Of a DNA stretch of 64,000 nucleotides, positions 20,140 through 30,779 are shown piece by piece. The translations under genes and the position numbers were made by a program. The stretch's first letter is position 1, and each line of letters opens with the position of its first letter. The notes beneath the pieces are model-generated. The model saw only the letters and a program-made list of their open reading frames with translations, was not told where the DNA came from and did no database searches. This stretch comes from an uncultured delta proteobacterium (lineage in GTDB: Bacteria; Desulfobacterota; Binatia; UBA9968), in the NCBI GenBank assembly GCA_963840855.1, contig CAWJBB010000087.1, forward strand, positions 96,001 to 160,000, written 5' to 3'.

Positions 20140-21152
20140 ATGAAGTACACACGAAATGTTCAAGGCGCGCTCGTCGAACTCGAGTTGGTTGAAGTAGATC
20201 CCAAAGCAGTGACGCTCGATCCCACGAACCCTCGGCTAGGATTCTCAATCCGCCAGCTGAACGAGGAGATGTGTAATGATGCTGCCTGCACCTTGCTTTT
20301 AACGAGTCAGGAAGACGTCGAGGAACTAAAACGCTCGGTAGTACTCTCCGGTGGTGTCCAGGAGCCGATCTACCTCCGTGCGAACAATGTTGTCGCCGAA
20401 GGCAATCGGCGAGTCGTCGCGATGCGCTTGGCGAAAGAAGAATATCCCGGTAATCCTCGATTCGAGACAATACCGGCATGGCTGATTCCCGCTGACACCC
20501 CTGAGTATGTGGTCCAAAATCTATTGAATGAAATACACCTCGGTTCCGTGCGAGGCTGGGCACCATATGAGAAAGCCCTACAATTGCGGGCATTAATTGC
20601 AAGTGGGCTTATCGAAGAGGAGGTTGCTGAGCGTTACCGGATGACGGCGCGCGACGTACGCCAGTATATTGCGGCAGCAGAGCTCATGGACCGCGAATAT
20701 TTCCCGATTACGAAGGAACCTACAGATATCGAGCATCGGGCAAAGTTTTCGTATTTTCTTGAATTCCATAAGAACACTAAGCTTCAAAAGCGTCTTCAAG
20801 ACGATTCTAATTTAGCTATTCGCTTTGTTACTTGGGTGGCAGACGGTCGAATCAATACCGGTGAGCGAGTAGACGTTTGCCACGCATACTGGAATCCACC
20901 AGAGCTGTCGAGCTGCTCGAAAACGTCGGGTTTGACACGGCTGAGGAGTATCTCAGGCAGCAACATCCGGAAGAACAAGAGCTCTATGCACTCCTGGAGA
21001 AAACACGAGGACGATTAGAATCGATGACCGTTACGGAGCTCGACGAACTCGGACCGAGCCGGGAGCGTCTCCAGATTGTGCTCGGATTGCAGTATGCAAT
21101 CGATAAAATTTTGTCCGCCGTGGAACACCTGGGATCTGAAAAGTCGGTTTAA
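20140..21152 (+). CDS. ParB/Srx-like domain protein, paralogue 3 (frameshift near 20870)
   Basis: LDPTNPRL, SGGVQEPI, VAEGNRRVVA, IHLG.VRGWAPYEKA, FSYFLE. Confidence 0.8.
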
Positions 21153-21580
21153 TGACCTCGATTCAACATCAGATCCTCGCCTTTTGGGCTGCCAGGAAGA
21201 TGACTTGGGATGGCTACTGGATAGCCGGATTTGACGGCCAAAGGGCACCGCGGGACGACTGGAACAAATTACCGCCGCCACCGATTGTTTGCGGTGTACG
21301 TCCGGACGTTTGGGGTTACGACGACAACGGCACTCAAGTGGCGATAGGTGAGGCAAAAACCGGTGAGGATGTTGACACCGCACATACCCACGCACAGCTT
21401 TGGGTTTTTAAACAAATGCGAGTTCCCACGGGACTACGCTGCCGTCTCTATATCGCGGTTCCCCAGTCATCGGTGCACGCGCTCGACCGAGTACTTGCAA
21501 GACGCGGACTAATAGGGATTCGCGAGATCGTTCGAATTCATGTTCCCGACATCTTTCTTCCTCAAAAGGAGGACGTGTGA
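21152..21580 (+). CDS. Small PD-(D/E)XK restriction-endonuclease-fold protein
   Basis: RPDVWG...IGEAKT catalytic pattern; TAATG overlap with the upstream gene. Confidence 0.7.
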   Translation: MTSIQHQILAFWAARKMTWDGYWIAGFDGQRAPRDDWNKLPPPPIVCGVRPDVWGYDDNGTQVAIGEAKTGEDVDTAHTHAQLWVFKQMRVPTGLRCRLYIAVPQSSVHALDRVLARRGLIGIREIVRIHVPDIFLPQKEDV

Positions 21581-23046
21581 TCAGTAATGCTCGCATCATT
21601 CCATTTACTTACCAGGCTGAGGGAACTAAGTTCCTTATATCGCGACCCGCCGCGGCTCTATTCGACGAGCAGGGGCTGGGCAAGAGCAAACAGCTCATCG
21701 ACGCAGTTGCTCAAGAGGTTATGGCCGGAACCTTAGACGGTGCCCTCATCGTCTGCCCTAACACGCTGAAATCAAACTGGGCGAAAGAGATTGGACGATA
21801 CTCAGCGCTTCCGTATGCCGTCTTCGGCAGTGGCAAAACGGCCCGAAGGCTGGCTTTCTCAAAATTGACAGCGACTTTCTACATCGTGAACTATGAGGCC
21901 GTTGTTCGCGAGGTCGTCTCGCTTCGATCGCTCCTTCGATTCAAGCGATTGGCGCTGGTCTTAGACGAGAGTCATAGGATCAAAACTCCGAACGCGCGAG
22001 TCACCAGGGCAGTCCATCGACTAAGCAGTCATGCCGCAAAGCGAGTAATCATGACCGGAACCCCGGTGGCCAACAAGCCGGAGGACCTTTGGAGCCAGTT
22101 ATTTTTTCTCGATGGTGGCGGCGCGCTAGCAACCAATTTCGACGAGTTTCGGGGCCGTTATTGCTCCTCGTCCGGCGGTTACATAAATATTGATGAACTC
22201 CGAATTCGGCTATTACCGCTCGTGTTAAGACGGCTTAAGATTGATACCCTTGATCTTCCGCCCAAATACGTTTTTCCGGTTCCGGTGCTATTACAAGGCC
22301 GTCAGGCGGAGCTTTACAACCGCATGCGCCAAGATCTTTACCTCTGGGTCCAGAGTCTCTCGGGGGAAAAGGTGCTAGCTAATGCTGAAAACATACTCGT
22401 TCGGCTACTGCGGCTCGTGCAACTCGCCGCAAACCCCAAGCTCCTAGATTCGTCATATCAAGAAACACCGGCTAAGGTCCAGGCGCTAGATCAACTTATC
22501 GGGCAGATTATGGGGCAATCGTCCAACCAAAAAGCAATCGTGTGGACTTCTTTCCTCGGTAATATTCCAACGCTTTGTGATCGATATGCGCAGTTCGAAC
22601 CAGTGCCATTCCATGGTGAGATGGACAATAGACAACGTGATTTAGCTATTGACGCTTTTTACTCTAACCCGCGTGTACGCCTCTTTATTGGCAATCCCGC
22701 CGCGGGCCGGGAGGGACTTACGCTTACCTCTGCGAGCGTGGCGATTTACTTTGATCGATCATTCAACTTGGTGGATTATTTACAGTCACAGGACCGGATT
22801 CATCGACTCTCTCAAACCGAAGTATGCCAGATTTATCTGCTTATCGCCGAGAACACGGTCGACGAGTTTATTGAGTTCGTGTTAGCCCAGAAGCATCGTC
22901 TTGCTCGCTATGTCCAACACGATAGCGATTCCATCAATAGGGCTGACCTCACGCTAGCTCGGCCTAATGTATTGCGTGCTCTGCTCGACCGATTAATGGT
23001 TAAAAGCGACGGAAATGGATTGAGAAGACTCTACAAAAGAAAATGA
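21577..23046 (+). CDS. SNF2/SWI2-family ATPase (minimal)
   Basis: DEQGLGKS, LIVCP, DESH, MTGTP, EGLTL, QSQDRIHR; GTGA overlap with the nuclease gene. Confidence 0.92.
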   Translation: MISNARIIPFTYQAEGTKFLISRPAAALFDEQGLGKSKQLIDAVAQEVMAGTLDGALIVCPNTLKSNWAKEIGRYSALPYAVFGSGKTARRLAFSKLTATFYIVNYEAVVREVVSLRSLLRFKRLALVLDESHRIKTPNARVTRAVHRLSSHAAKRVIMTGTPVANKPEDLWSQLFFLDGGGALATNFDEFRGRYCSSSGGYINIDELRIRLLPLVLRRLKIDTLDLPPKYVFPVPVLLQGRQAELYNRMRQDLYLWVQSLSGEKVLANAENILVRLLRLVQLAANPKLLDSSYQETPAKVQALDQLIGQIMGQSSNQKAIVWTSFLGNIPTLCDRYAQFEPVPFHGEMDNRQRDLAIDAFYSNPRVRLFIGNPAAGREGLTLTSASVAIYFDRSFNLVDYLQSQDRIHRLSQTEVCQIYLLIAENTVDEFIEFVLAQKHRLARYVQHDSDSINRADLTLARPNVLRALLDRLMVKSDGNGLRRLYKRK

Positions 23047-23092
23047 CAATCGGCGATTACAGTGCGCAGATAAACCACCTTCGATGGGTTTG

Positions 23093-24657
23093 TCATTTCG
23101 CCCGAAGGAGTCTTAGGATTTTGCTTACATAATCATGGGCAACCGAGGTATCACTGATCACCTCATACATGGCCGAGAATACTTCGTTGTAAGCCTTTTT
23201 CTTCGCTGGCGCCAGGCGTTTAAACAGGATGCCCTTTGTCTTCTCGGACGCTCGGTCCACTTTTCGCCGTAAGTCAAAAACTCGTTTGAGTACCGTATCT
23301 CGTTCCCCATTTTGCGGCCAATGCTTTTCTATTTTCGCCTGCTGCTTGCTGATTAATTCGCGAAGTGTGTCTACATGCTTTTGCCGAAAGGGAAAATCGT
23401 AAGGCATAGAGCGAACCGTATCGAGATCATTTTCGATCTTCTGTAGGTTCTGCATAGTCGCCTTAATCGAATTTCTAGTTCCGGAACAAGCTCTGCAGGT
23501 ACGGGATAGCTGAGTCGCGATTTTGGAGATGTGCGACTGGAAATTTACATAGTGGACGCTATGTTCGAAATTGTCTCTGCGACCGTTCGGAAGAATATTT
23601 TTATTCACGATATGAAACTCGCCGACACACCAACTATCGAATCGAGGCTCAGCGAACAGCGATGCTACGATATCATTTTCTCCGACCTGAATGTTCCCTA
23701 GCCGCAGTCGTAATCCCCCGAAATTTAGTTTCTTCGGGAGAGCACCGGATAAGCATCGTGCAACACCCACCCAACGGCATCGAGCCCATCGACTCCTGGA
23801 ATTCGAAGAACTCAATTTTGAGAAATTATCGTTCAGAATAGGCGTTCGTGCAAAGGCGTTTGATGCGGTCGCTGCACGGATATGTTCCCATTTATGGTTA
23901 GCTCAATTCCTTCTCCTACTCCGTGCTTATGGAGAAGTTCGTCGATTCTGTAACCGTAATCGAAGTTTGTCGAAATTTCACAGGGGCTACTTGTGATAGA
24001 TACTCGAAGACGGCGTCTGAATTAAGCAGCACATAATTTGATTAAAGAACTTTACGAAGCTGGATTCAAAAAATATGCATATCGCCAAAGACCATGGCAG
24101 AAGCAGTACCGCATGACGATTTCTCCGGACTGCAACTTGGATACGTGCGCTGGCCACTCTGAGTTTCAGAAGATCCCTTGGCTTCCGTCCACTGCAGATC
24201 ACTTCAGTCACAGGCTCGCGTGCTTCGGCACGCCCGCGAACGCGATCCTGACAATAACCCCCGCCCTGCCAGGCGGCCTCCTGCCCGCGAAAGCCGCGGC
24301 CTTCCCGGTTGCTGTAGGGCCTATGGCTAGGAGGCGCTGTACGGAATGGTGTGACAAGATGGAATGGAAGCGCCGTTGTCACGGATGCTGATTGTTTACT
24401 GCGGCAGTCTCAATGTGAACGTCGACACGTATACTCTTGGTTTCCAGCAAAAATGGCGTTTCCGCGCGCTTCATCGATGGCGTCCGTAGCATTTTGTATG
24501 TCTCACAATAATCGTTGAGCAGGTCAACAAGTAGGTCGCCTGCGTAAGAAGTTCAAGAGAGGAGTAGTGTCCTACAAGGGCATCGTCCTTAGTCGAGGTA
24601 CTGCTCACACCCTTCCTGAGAAGGGACAGCCTTGAACGGCGGGTCGGAGACTGTCAT
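23093..24657 (-). CDS. GHKL (HATPase_c, MORC/Hsp90-like) ATPase, heavily frameshifted 5' half
   Basis: Manual reading finds LELLT, IQNATDAIDEAR, IRDNG, GFRG..RLAG.GYC, then GLRLR.GNIQVG and PNGRRDNFE in ORF 23093..23815. Confidence 0.8.
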
Positions 24658-26265
24658 GCAGCCTCCGTCGAACCAGCATCTTGGACTCGTTTGATCGTCC
24701 GGTATGGAGTAGTCGGATTTCTGTTTTAGCTTGAGCGATGCTCGCGGCATATCGACCAGATTTCTTGCTCTTTTTTCCTCTGGCAGCGGTACATAGAATT
24801 CAAGGATTGAAGCGGTTTGCGCTTTGCTTTATGTAAGATTTCTTGACGGAACCAGAACTGGCTGAGCTCACAGGAGGTGGAAGGACAATTAATCCCGCTC
24901 TTTCACCATGGCTTGGTCTTTAAAAAACTATTAGGCCAAGTGATTCGGCAAACCGGCCACACCGGCAGAGCTCTTCATACCAGACCCTATTGAAGATGGA
25001 ATCCTACAGTCGGGATGACACGGCGCTCAAAATGTTGTGCAGAATCACAAACACACGCTTGAAGAATGAAGGTGCACCGCTAACGATTCAGTCAGTCGCT
25101 TTACGAAGTATGCAGTCTGCATCAATCTCAGAAAATATATGTTCCAATTCGGTCCGACATAGGATACGGTCCTTTTGATTTCGTTCGTTGGTAACGCATC
25201 GGAAACAAAAAATTATTATGTACCAATTCTTCGTTAAGGTCAATATTTCGCCACATTCAGGTGATACAGATCGCTTGTGGAATCATGGAAATTGTGAGCG
25301 TGTAATTTGACAGTACGCAGAGACCGATTTCATGGGCATCACAAATACCCTCAGTTTAGTACGGCTTACGTAAACCGATGTCATAGAAGGCAAATTATCA
25401 CGGATCAATGTCAAATCTTGCTCATTTCGCGTAAATACATCGGATCTTTGCATAGAATCCGAGCATCAACACCTTGGTTAAAATCTACTCGGCGCTGGAC
25501 AGGGACTCGACTAGGACGCGTCAGCTTGGCACCAGGCGTGAACCCTAGATCACGTATTTCGGCGATGATGTTCTTAAAATTGGGCGAGGCCACAATGTTA
25601 TTGTCCATGAGTGTGAGGTCTTTTTTCGGTCCATACCGCTCGTCAATACCTCTTACGATGCTAATGATCGAGGTTACATCGCGCTGATCGCCTTCGAGCT
25701 TCGGCACCCCGCAAAAATGGCATTTTCGTACGCACCCACGGGACGCGTATGCGAAGTACGCGTCGTGAACTGGATACACGTACTCAGTCTTGATCTGATC
25801 AAGAATTGAGTAATCCGGAACTAAATCCTCGATCGGAGTTCCCGTGCAGTCGTCTGAATAGAACTCTTCCGCGAAGTCATCTAACTGCAATGCGATTGCT
25901 GGTGGTTCAGAAAGAAGGCCTTTGATAAAACGCACACCGCTCCACTTAGACTCTTCCACAAATGACTCATGCATTAGTGAAGCAGCGATGCCGCCTACAA
26001 AAACCTTGCTTGGTTGGTTCTGAGACGCGGTAATCGCAAAGTCGATGGAGCGGGAAATAGTTTTCCATTCGAAGGAGAAAAGGGTCGTCACGTAGATTCG
26101 ATCCCAGACGATCTCGAATATCGTTTTGTCTTCCTCTCCCTTAATAAACCGAACATTATCCTTGTTTCCCCATGGCCCATGGTAAGCGGCCAGCTTCATT
26201 AGACCTAAAGGCGGGTACTTGTTTTTGTACCCCGGCTCAATCAAGAGTATGTTCTTTTTAGACAT
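24654..26265 (-). CDS. Radical SAM protein with N-terminal B12-binding-like domain, frameshifted after 25411
   Basis: LLIEP....YPPLGLMK, SRGCVRKCHFC (CxxxCxxC), MDNN, DFNQG.DAR; downstream frames give FPMRYQ, YVGPNWN, IFNRVWYE; ATGA overlap with the GHKL gene. Confidence 0.85.
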
Positions 26266-27237
26266 CGTTTATCATTGTGCTCGCGGCCGGGTCTGGCTTT
26301 TTTAACCAGTCGTCCTTTTGATGGTTGGCCAATTAAGAGGCCGGCTCACCAAGACGGAAGTAGCGGTTGGCTCCGTGCTCTAAATCTGGATTTGACGGTT
26401 AAAGCCGAGAGTGGGCTGAATTTACCACAAAAGCTCGTTCTGCGGAACCTTTTTTCCTCTGTAACAGGGTGATTTTCTTTATATTGTTCAAACGGTATCC
26501 CCGTCTTCCGCGAGAGATGAACAAGTCATCCACCAGCGGCTTGATCAATGGACTGCCTTCTCTGCTGCTGCTCGCCTCTGCTTCTCGCTCAGGATCGCCG
26601 GGGTTGAGGGGACCGTCGGCGCCGGGGCGGGTTGGTATTGCGAAATGACGCGGCTCCAGTCGTCGAATCGTTTTCGGAATCTGTCGTTGTTCGATGGAGC
26701 CAGCGACCGGCAGGGACGCTGACTGACAGCTGGTTACCGCAGGGGCGGATGAGCCGAGCAGATTGCAGTCTTAAGGATGTGTACCTATTGTCACTTGATT
26801 GCGTGTGAGGCAATTTGGATGCAACGAGATACAATCGTGCTTCGCCGTTGACCCGGAGCAGGAGGCTTTATTCATTTCCGGATTTGGTTATGACGGTCAT
26901 GCGGTGTGACTCTTGTGCATTCTATTTTCCAGAAATGCCTCGGAAGGGGATTTATTCTAGTATACAATGCAACCGCGAAGATCCAGCTCGGCGGCAGGAC
27001 GCCCAGCTGCTGGCTTACCTTTTATTGCCTAAGTCGCGCACCGTATGAACGGGTGACGTTACCAGGCCATTCCAAATCACACTCGATTAATTCGCCCATT
27101 TTGGTTTTTTTGGACCTGTTTTGGTCGATGAAGTCTGGAAGGCGGGAATTTTACACGTCCCCAGTGCTGGTGTATTGTGGGTGTTGGATTTGGGAGGCCA
27201 GCTCAGTTCCAAGGCTGGATGAATAGGAGAGAAGCCG

Positions 27238-27480
27238 ATGGCAGAAAAAATGGAAATTGTGCGAGCCCTCCAAGGTTTGCCAAAGGATGCCCTGATAGAG
27301 GTCAAGGAGTTCATCACTTCCCTGAAAAAATGCAGAGGCAAAAGACGTGCTGCCGATCGTAACGGAGATACTTTGGCCAAAAAACAACTCTCTGTGATCA
27401 AGAAGTGGGCTGGGACCAGTCTAAAGGCAGGGTTTTCAGGGAGAGATCATGACACCGTCCTGTATAAGGATAATACGTGA
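27238..27480 (+). CDS. Putative antitoxin (DUF2281-like)
   Basis: L..LP...L.EV.EFI..L pattern; GTGA overlap with the PIN toxin gene. Confidence 0.65.
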   Translation: MAEKMEIVRALQGLPKDALIEVKEFITSLKKCRGKRRAADRNGDTLAKKQLSVIKKWAGTSLKAGFSGRDHDTVLYKDNT

Positions 27481-27893
27481 TCTTCGTCGACACTGGCGCG
27501 TGGTTTGCCGTCGCGGTCCGTAATGACCCAGATCACAGCGCCGCCATGAAATGGCTGCAAAGAAATCGCGAGCCATTGGTTACCACGGACTATATTTTAG
27601 CGGAAACGGCGACGCTGATTCGGATGCGGGACAAAACGGCGCGCGGTCACCGATTGGCTGTGCGAATTGCGACTTCCATACTCAGAGAAGAATCCGCGAT
27701 CTTTCAAAAGATTACCGAAACAGATCTTCACAAAGCTTTGCAGATATTTCGAGACTATTCCGAGCACTTATTCAGTTTTGTTGACTGCACAAGCTTTACA
27801 GTAATGGACAGGCTTGGCATCACTCACGCGTTCGCTTTTGATCGCCACTTTGACGAGTATCCCGGACTCCTCAAGCTGCCTCTAAAAGAATAA
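27477..27893 (+). CDS. vapC: PIN-domain toxin VapC
   Basis: IFVDTGAW, TTDYILAET, SFVDCTSF, AFAFDRHF. Confidence 0.92.
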   Translation: MIFVDTGAWFAVAVRNDPDHSAAMKWLQRNREPLVTTDYILAETATLIRMRDKTARGHRLAVRIATSILREESAIFQKITETDLHKALQIFRDYSEHLFSFVDCTSFTVMDRLGITHAFAFDRHFDEYPGLLKLPLKE

Positions 27894-27949
27894 GCTTCCT
27901 CGCGACGTAGGGGATTCATTAGGAGCGCGGACGACTTGTGCCGATAACC

Positions 27950-28184
27950 TGATCGCCGAGGAGAATCGATCTCATCCTCGCGACCCATGCTTGGTTCGAG
28001 CTGGAAGAGGCTATTGATAGCCTTTCCCGCGTCCTCACCGCCGGTGGGATTGATCTCTAAACTGGATTTTTTAGCGTCGGCTAGAAACTCCGGATCCTTC
28101 ATGGTCTCCATGAAAGATGTTTGGAGAATTTTTACGCGCTCTTTCGGGGTGCCCGGCGGAACCGCGTATAAACCCGCACCCCAA
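27950..28184 (-). pseudogene. C-terminal fragment of a TctC/Bug-like binding protein
   Basis: YAVPPGTPKERVKILQ.SF..TMKDPEFLADAKK..LEINP.GGE; truncated at the edge of repeat copy 2. Confidence 0.65.
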
Positions 28185-28389
28185 CGAGGCATGTGATGCC
28201 GGAGAGCAAACGAAAGAAGCGACGAAGATCCAAAAACGCGGAAGATGCAGGAAGCGTCCCGTAAGATGGACGCATTGGCGGAGAAGTTGGGAAAGTCGGA
28301 TCCTCAGGCAACTATCCGGAAATTTCGGGACACCAACTTGAAAGGTGACCGGCTGATAGCTCAGCAATGAACGAGCCCATCGTCAATCG
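28185..28389 (+). repeat. Direct repeat copy 2 with mini-antitoxin coding core (two +1 indels relative to copy 1)
   Basis: Encodes the identical peptide MQEASRKMDALAEKLGKSDPQATIRKFRDTNLKGD from 28245. Confidence 0.88.
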
Positions 28390-28635
28390 ATCCAACCGAG
28401 GGTGACCGCCGCATCGATTGGGGCGTGCTGTCAGACTTAGCGTCAGCGTAGACATTTGCGACGCAAAGGTCGGAACTATCCAGACGAAAAACCCTCGCTG
28501 AGTCCGCTTCGTGCGATTGCCTGGAGATCAAACACCCTTATCAACAAGGACCTGTTACCCCAAACACCTTTATTTTTTTGCTGACCTTTGTTATTGTCAT
28601 CGCCAATGTGGCGATGCCTCGGATGAACTGATCAT

Positions 28636-30779
28636 ATGACGCTGGACACCTTGAAAGACATCGAGAAGCTCGAAGGGGATCTGTGGGACGCCGCGGATGA
28701 ATTGCGCGCGAACTCAAAGCTCACCGCAAACGAGTACTGCATGCCTTTGCTTAGGCGTCATCTTCTTTGCGACACGCCGCCAATCGATACAACGAAGCGC
28801 TGCGGACAGATTGAGGCGATTCAGGCCGCCGGGAAGATGCCGAAACGTCCTCTCTAAAAATCGCGGACTTCAAAAAACGCAGGCGGGCAATGATGCTGCC
28901 GAAGGAAGCGCGCTACGAAGAACTGCTCGCTCTGCCGAAGGGCTCCGATGTTGGGGTGCCAGCCGACTCGTAGCGGCGATGGAAGCCATTGAAAGCGCAA
29001 GAACATCGAGAGCGGACTAAGGAACAGCTCCCAAGGATTACGAAAGTTTGAGAACGAGGTGCTGGAAGACCTGCTCCGCGTTTTCGACAGCGAGCTGCTC
29101 CGCACCGCCAGCGGCGACGTGTTCGGCCGCATCTACGAATACTTCCTGATGAAGTTCGCCGATGCAGGGCGCGCAGGACAATGGCGAGTTCTTCACGCCG
29201 CCCTCGCTCGTGCAGATGATCGTCAACGTCATCGAGCCGGACCACGGCATCGTCTTCGACCCCGCGTGCGGCTCGGGCGGCATGTTCGTGCAGACCAGCC
29301 ACTTCATCGAGCACGCGGCCAGAGACACCGCGCAGCGGGTGACCTTCTACGGGCAGGAGAAGAACCGCGACCACTATCCGCCTGGCCAAGATGAACCTCG
29401 CCGTCCACGGGCTGGAGGGCGACATCGGCGAAGGCCAACACCTACTACGAAGACCCGCACGAACTCTTCGGCAAGTGCGACTTCGTCATGGCCAATCCGC
29501 CGTTCAACGTGGACAAGGTGGACGCCGAGCAAGGTGAAGAACGACCGCCGTCTGCCGTTCGGCCTGCCGGGCGTGAACAAGGAGAAGAAAGTCTCCAACG
29601 GCAACTACCTCTGGATTTCCTACTTCTACAGCTACCTGAACGAGAAGGGCCGCGCCGGTTTCGTCATGTCGTCGCAGGCCAGTCAGCGCCGGGCACGGCG
29701 AGGCCGAGGTGCGCCGCAAGATGGTCGAGACCGGCGACGTGGACGTGATGATCTCCATCCGCTCCAACTTCTTCTACACCCGCACCGTGCCCTGCGAGCT
29801 GTGGCACTTCGACAAAGGCAAGCCCGCCGAGCGCCGCGACAAGGTGCTGATGCTCGATGCGCGCAACATCTACCGCAAAGTCACGCGCAAGATTTACGAC
29901 TTCAGCCCCGAGCAACTGCAGAATCTCACGGCCATCGTCTGGCTGTATCGCGGGCAGTCCGACCGATTCATCGCGCTCGTGCAGCAACACCTCGAACGCC
30001 GCTGCACCGAAGCCGCCGCCATCGCGGACAAAACCGCAGCGTTCGAGAGCATCGCTCGTCGACTCTGCGGAGCGCCGACGACGTTCGCAAAGACCGTCGA
30101 TGACCGACAGACTCGCCGTTGCGCGAAGCAGAAAGCGTCCTGTCGAGCGGCGCCGAGCTGACGCGATGCGCAAGGCGTGTTTGAAGTCGACCGACAAGAT
30201 GGACTCGCCGGCATCGCCAAGGATATGGAAGAAGCCGAAGCCACTACCCAGCGACGATCGACCGAACAGCAAAACTCGCTCGCAGAGCTTCGAAGCCTCG
30301 CCGACGGGCTCCGCGACCTCGTGAAGGACGTGGACCTGGTGTTCAAACTCGCCGCTCGCGTCGGTGGACGCGCCGCGGAGGATCACGCCAACGCGAGGAC
30401 GGCGACGACTGGGACGACGTCGGCCACGAGCCGCGCCACAGGCTGAAGAAGGAACTCGAAGCGGCGCAAGGAGGCGGTCGAACAACTCAAGCACCGCCTA
30501 TTTCGAGCGGCAGCCGACTGGCTGCTCTACGATTTCCCGGCGCCGAAACTGCTGGCCGTGCCCGGCCTGGTGAAGCTGGTCGACCGCGAAAGACATTGAA
30601 GCCGCCGACTGGAGTCTCACGCCGGGCCGCTACGTGGGCGTTGCGCCGCCGGAAGTGGATGAGGATTTCGATTTCGAGCAAACCCTGCGCGACATCCACG
30701 TCGAACTGGCCGACTTGAACCAGGAGGCCGCCGCGCTAGCGGCGAAGATTCAGAAGAATTCGAGGAGCTTGGTGTATGA
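28636..30779 (+). CDS. hsdM: Type I RM N6-adenine methyltransferase subunit, frameshifted
   Basis: [51 protein letters not shown]. Confidence 0.92.

Noticed and set aside
18041-21152. Chromosome or plasmid partition locus (parABS)
   Set aside because: There is no ParA or rep gene; three paralogues coupled to a nuclease and SNF2 do not fit partitioning
23093-24657. Housekeeping htpG
   Set aside because: It is shorter, lacks recognisable HtpG middle-domain motifs, and is coupled to a radical SAM gene in a low-GC island
18041-26265. Assignment to Dnd/Ssp, Dpd, BREX, DISARM or viperin
   Set aside because: No cysteine desulfurase, PAPS reductase, TGT, PglZ, methyltransferase or DGQHR motif is seen; the radical SAM is long and B12-domain type, unlike viperin
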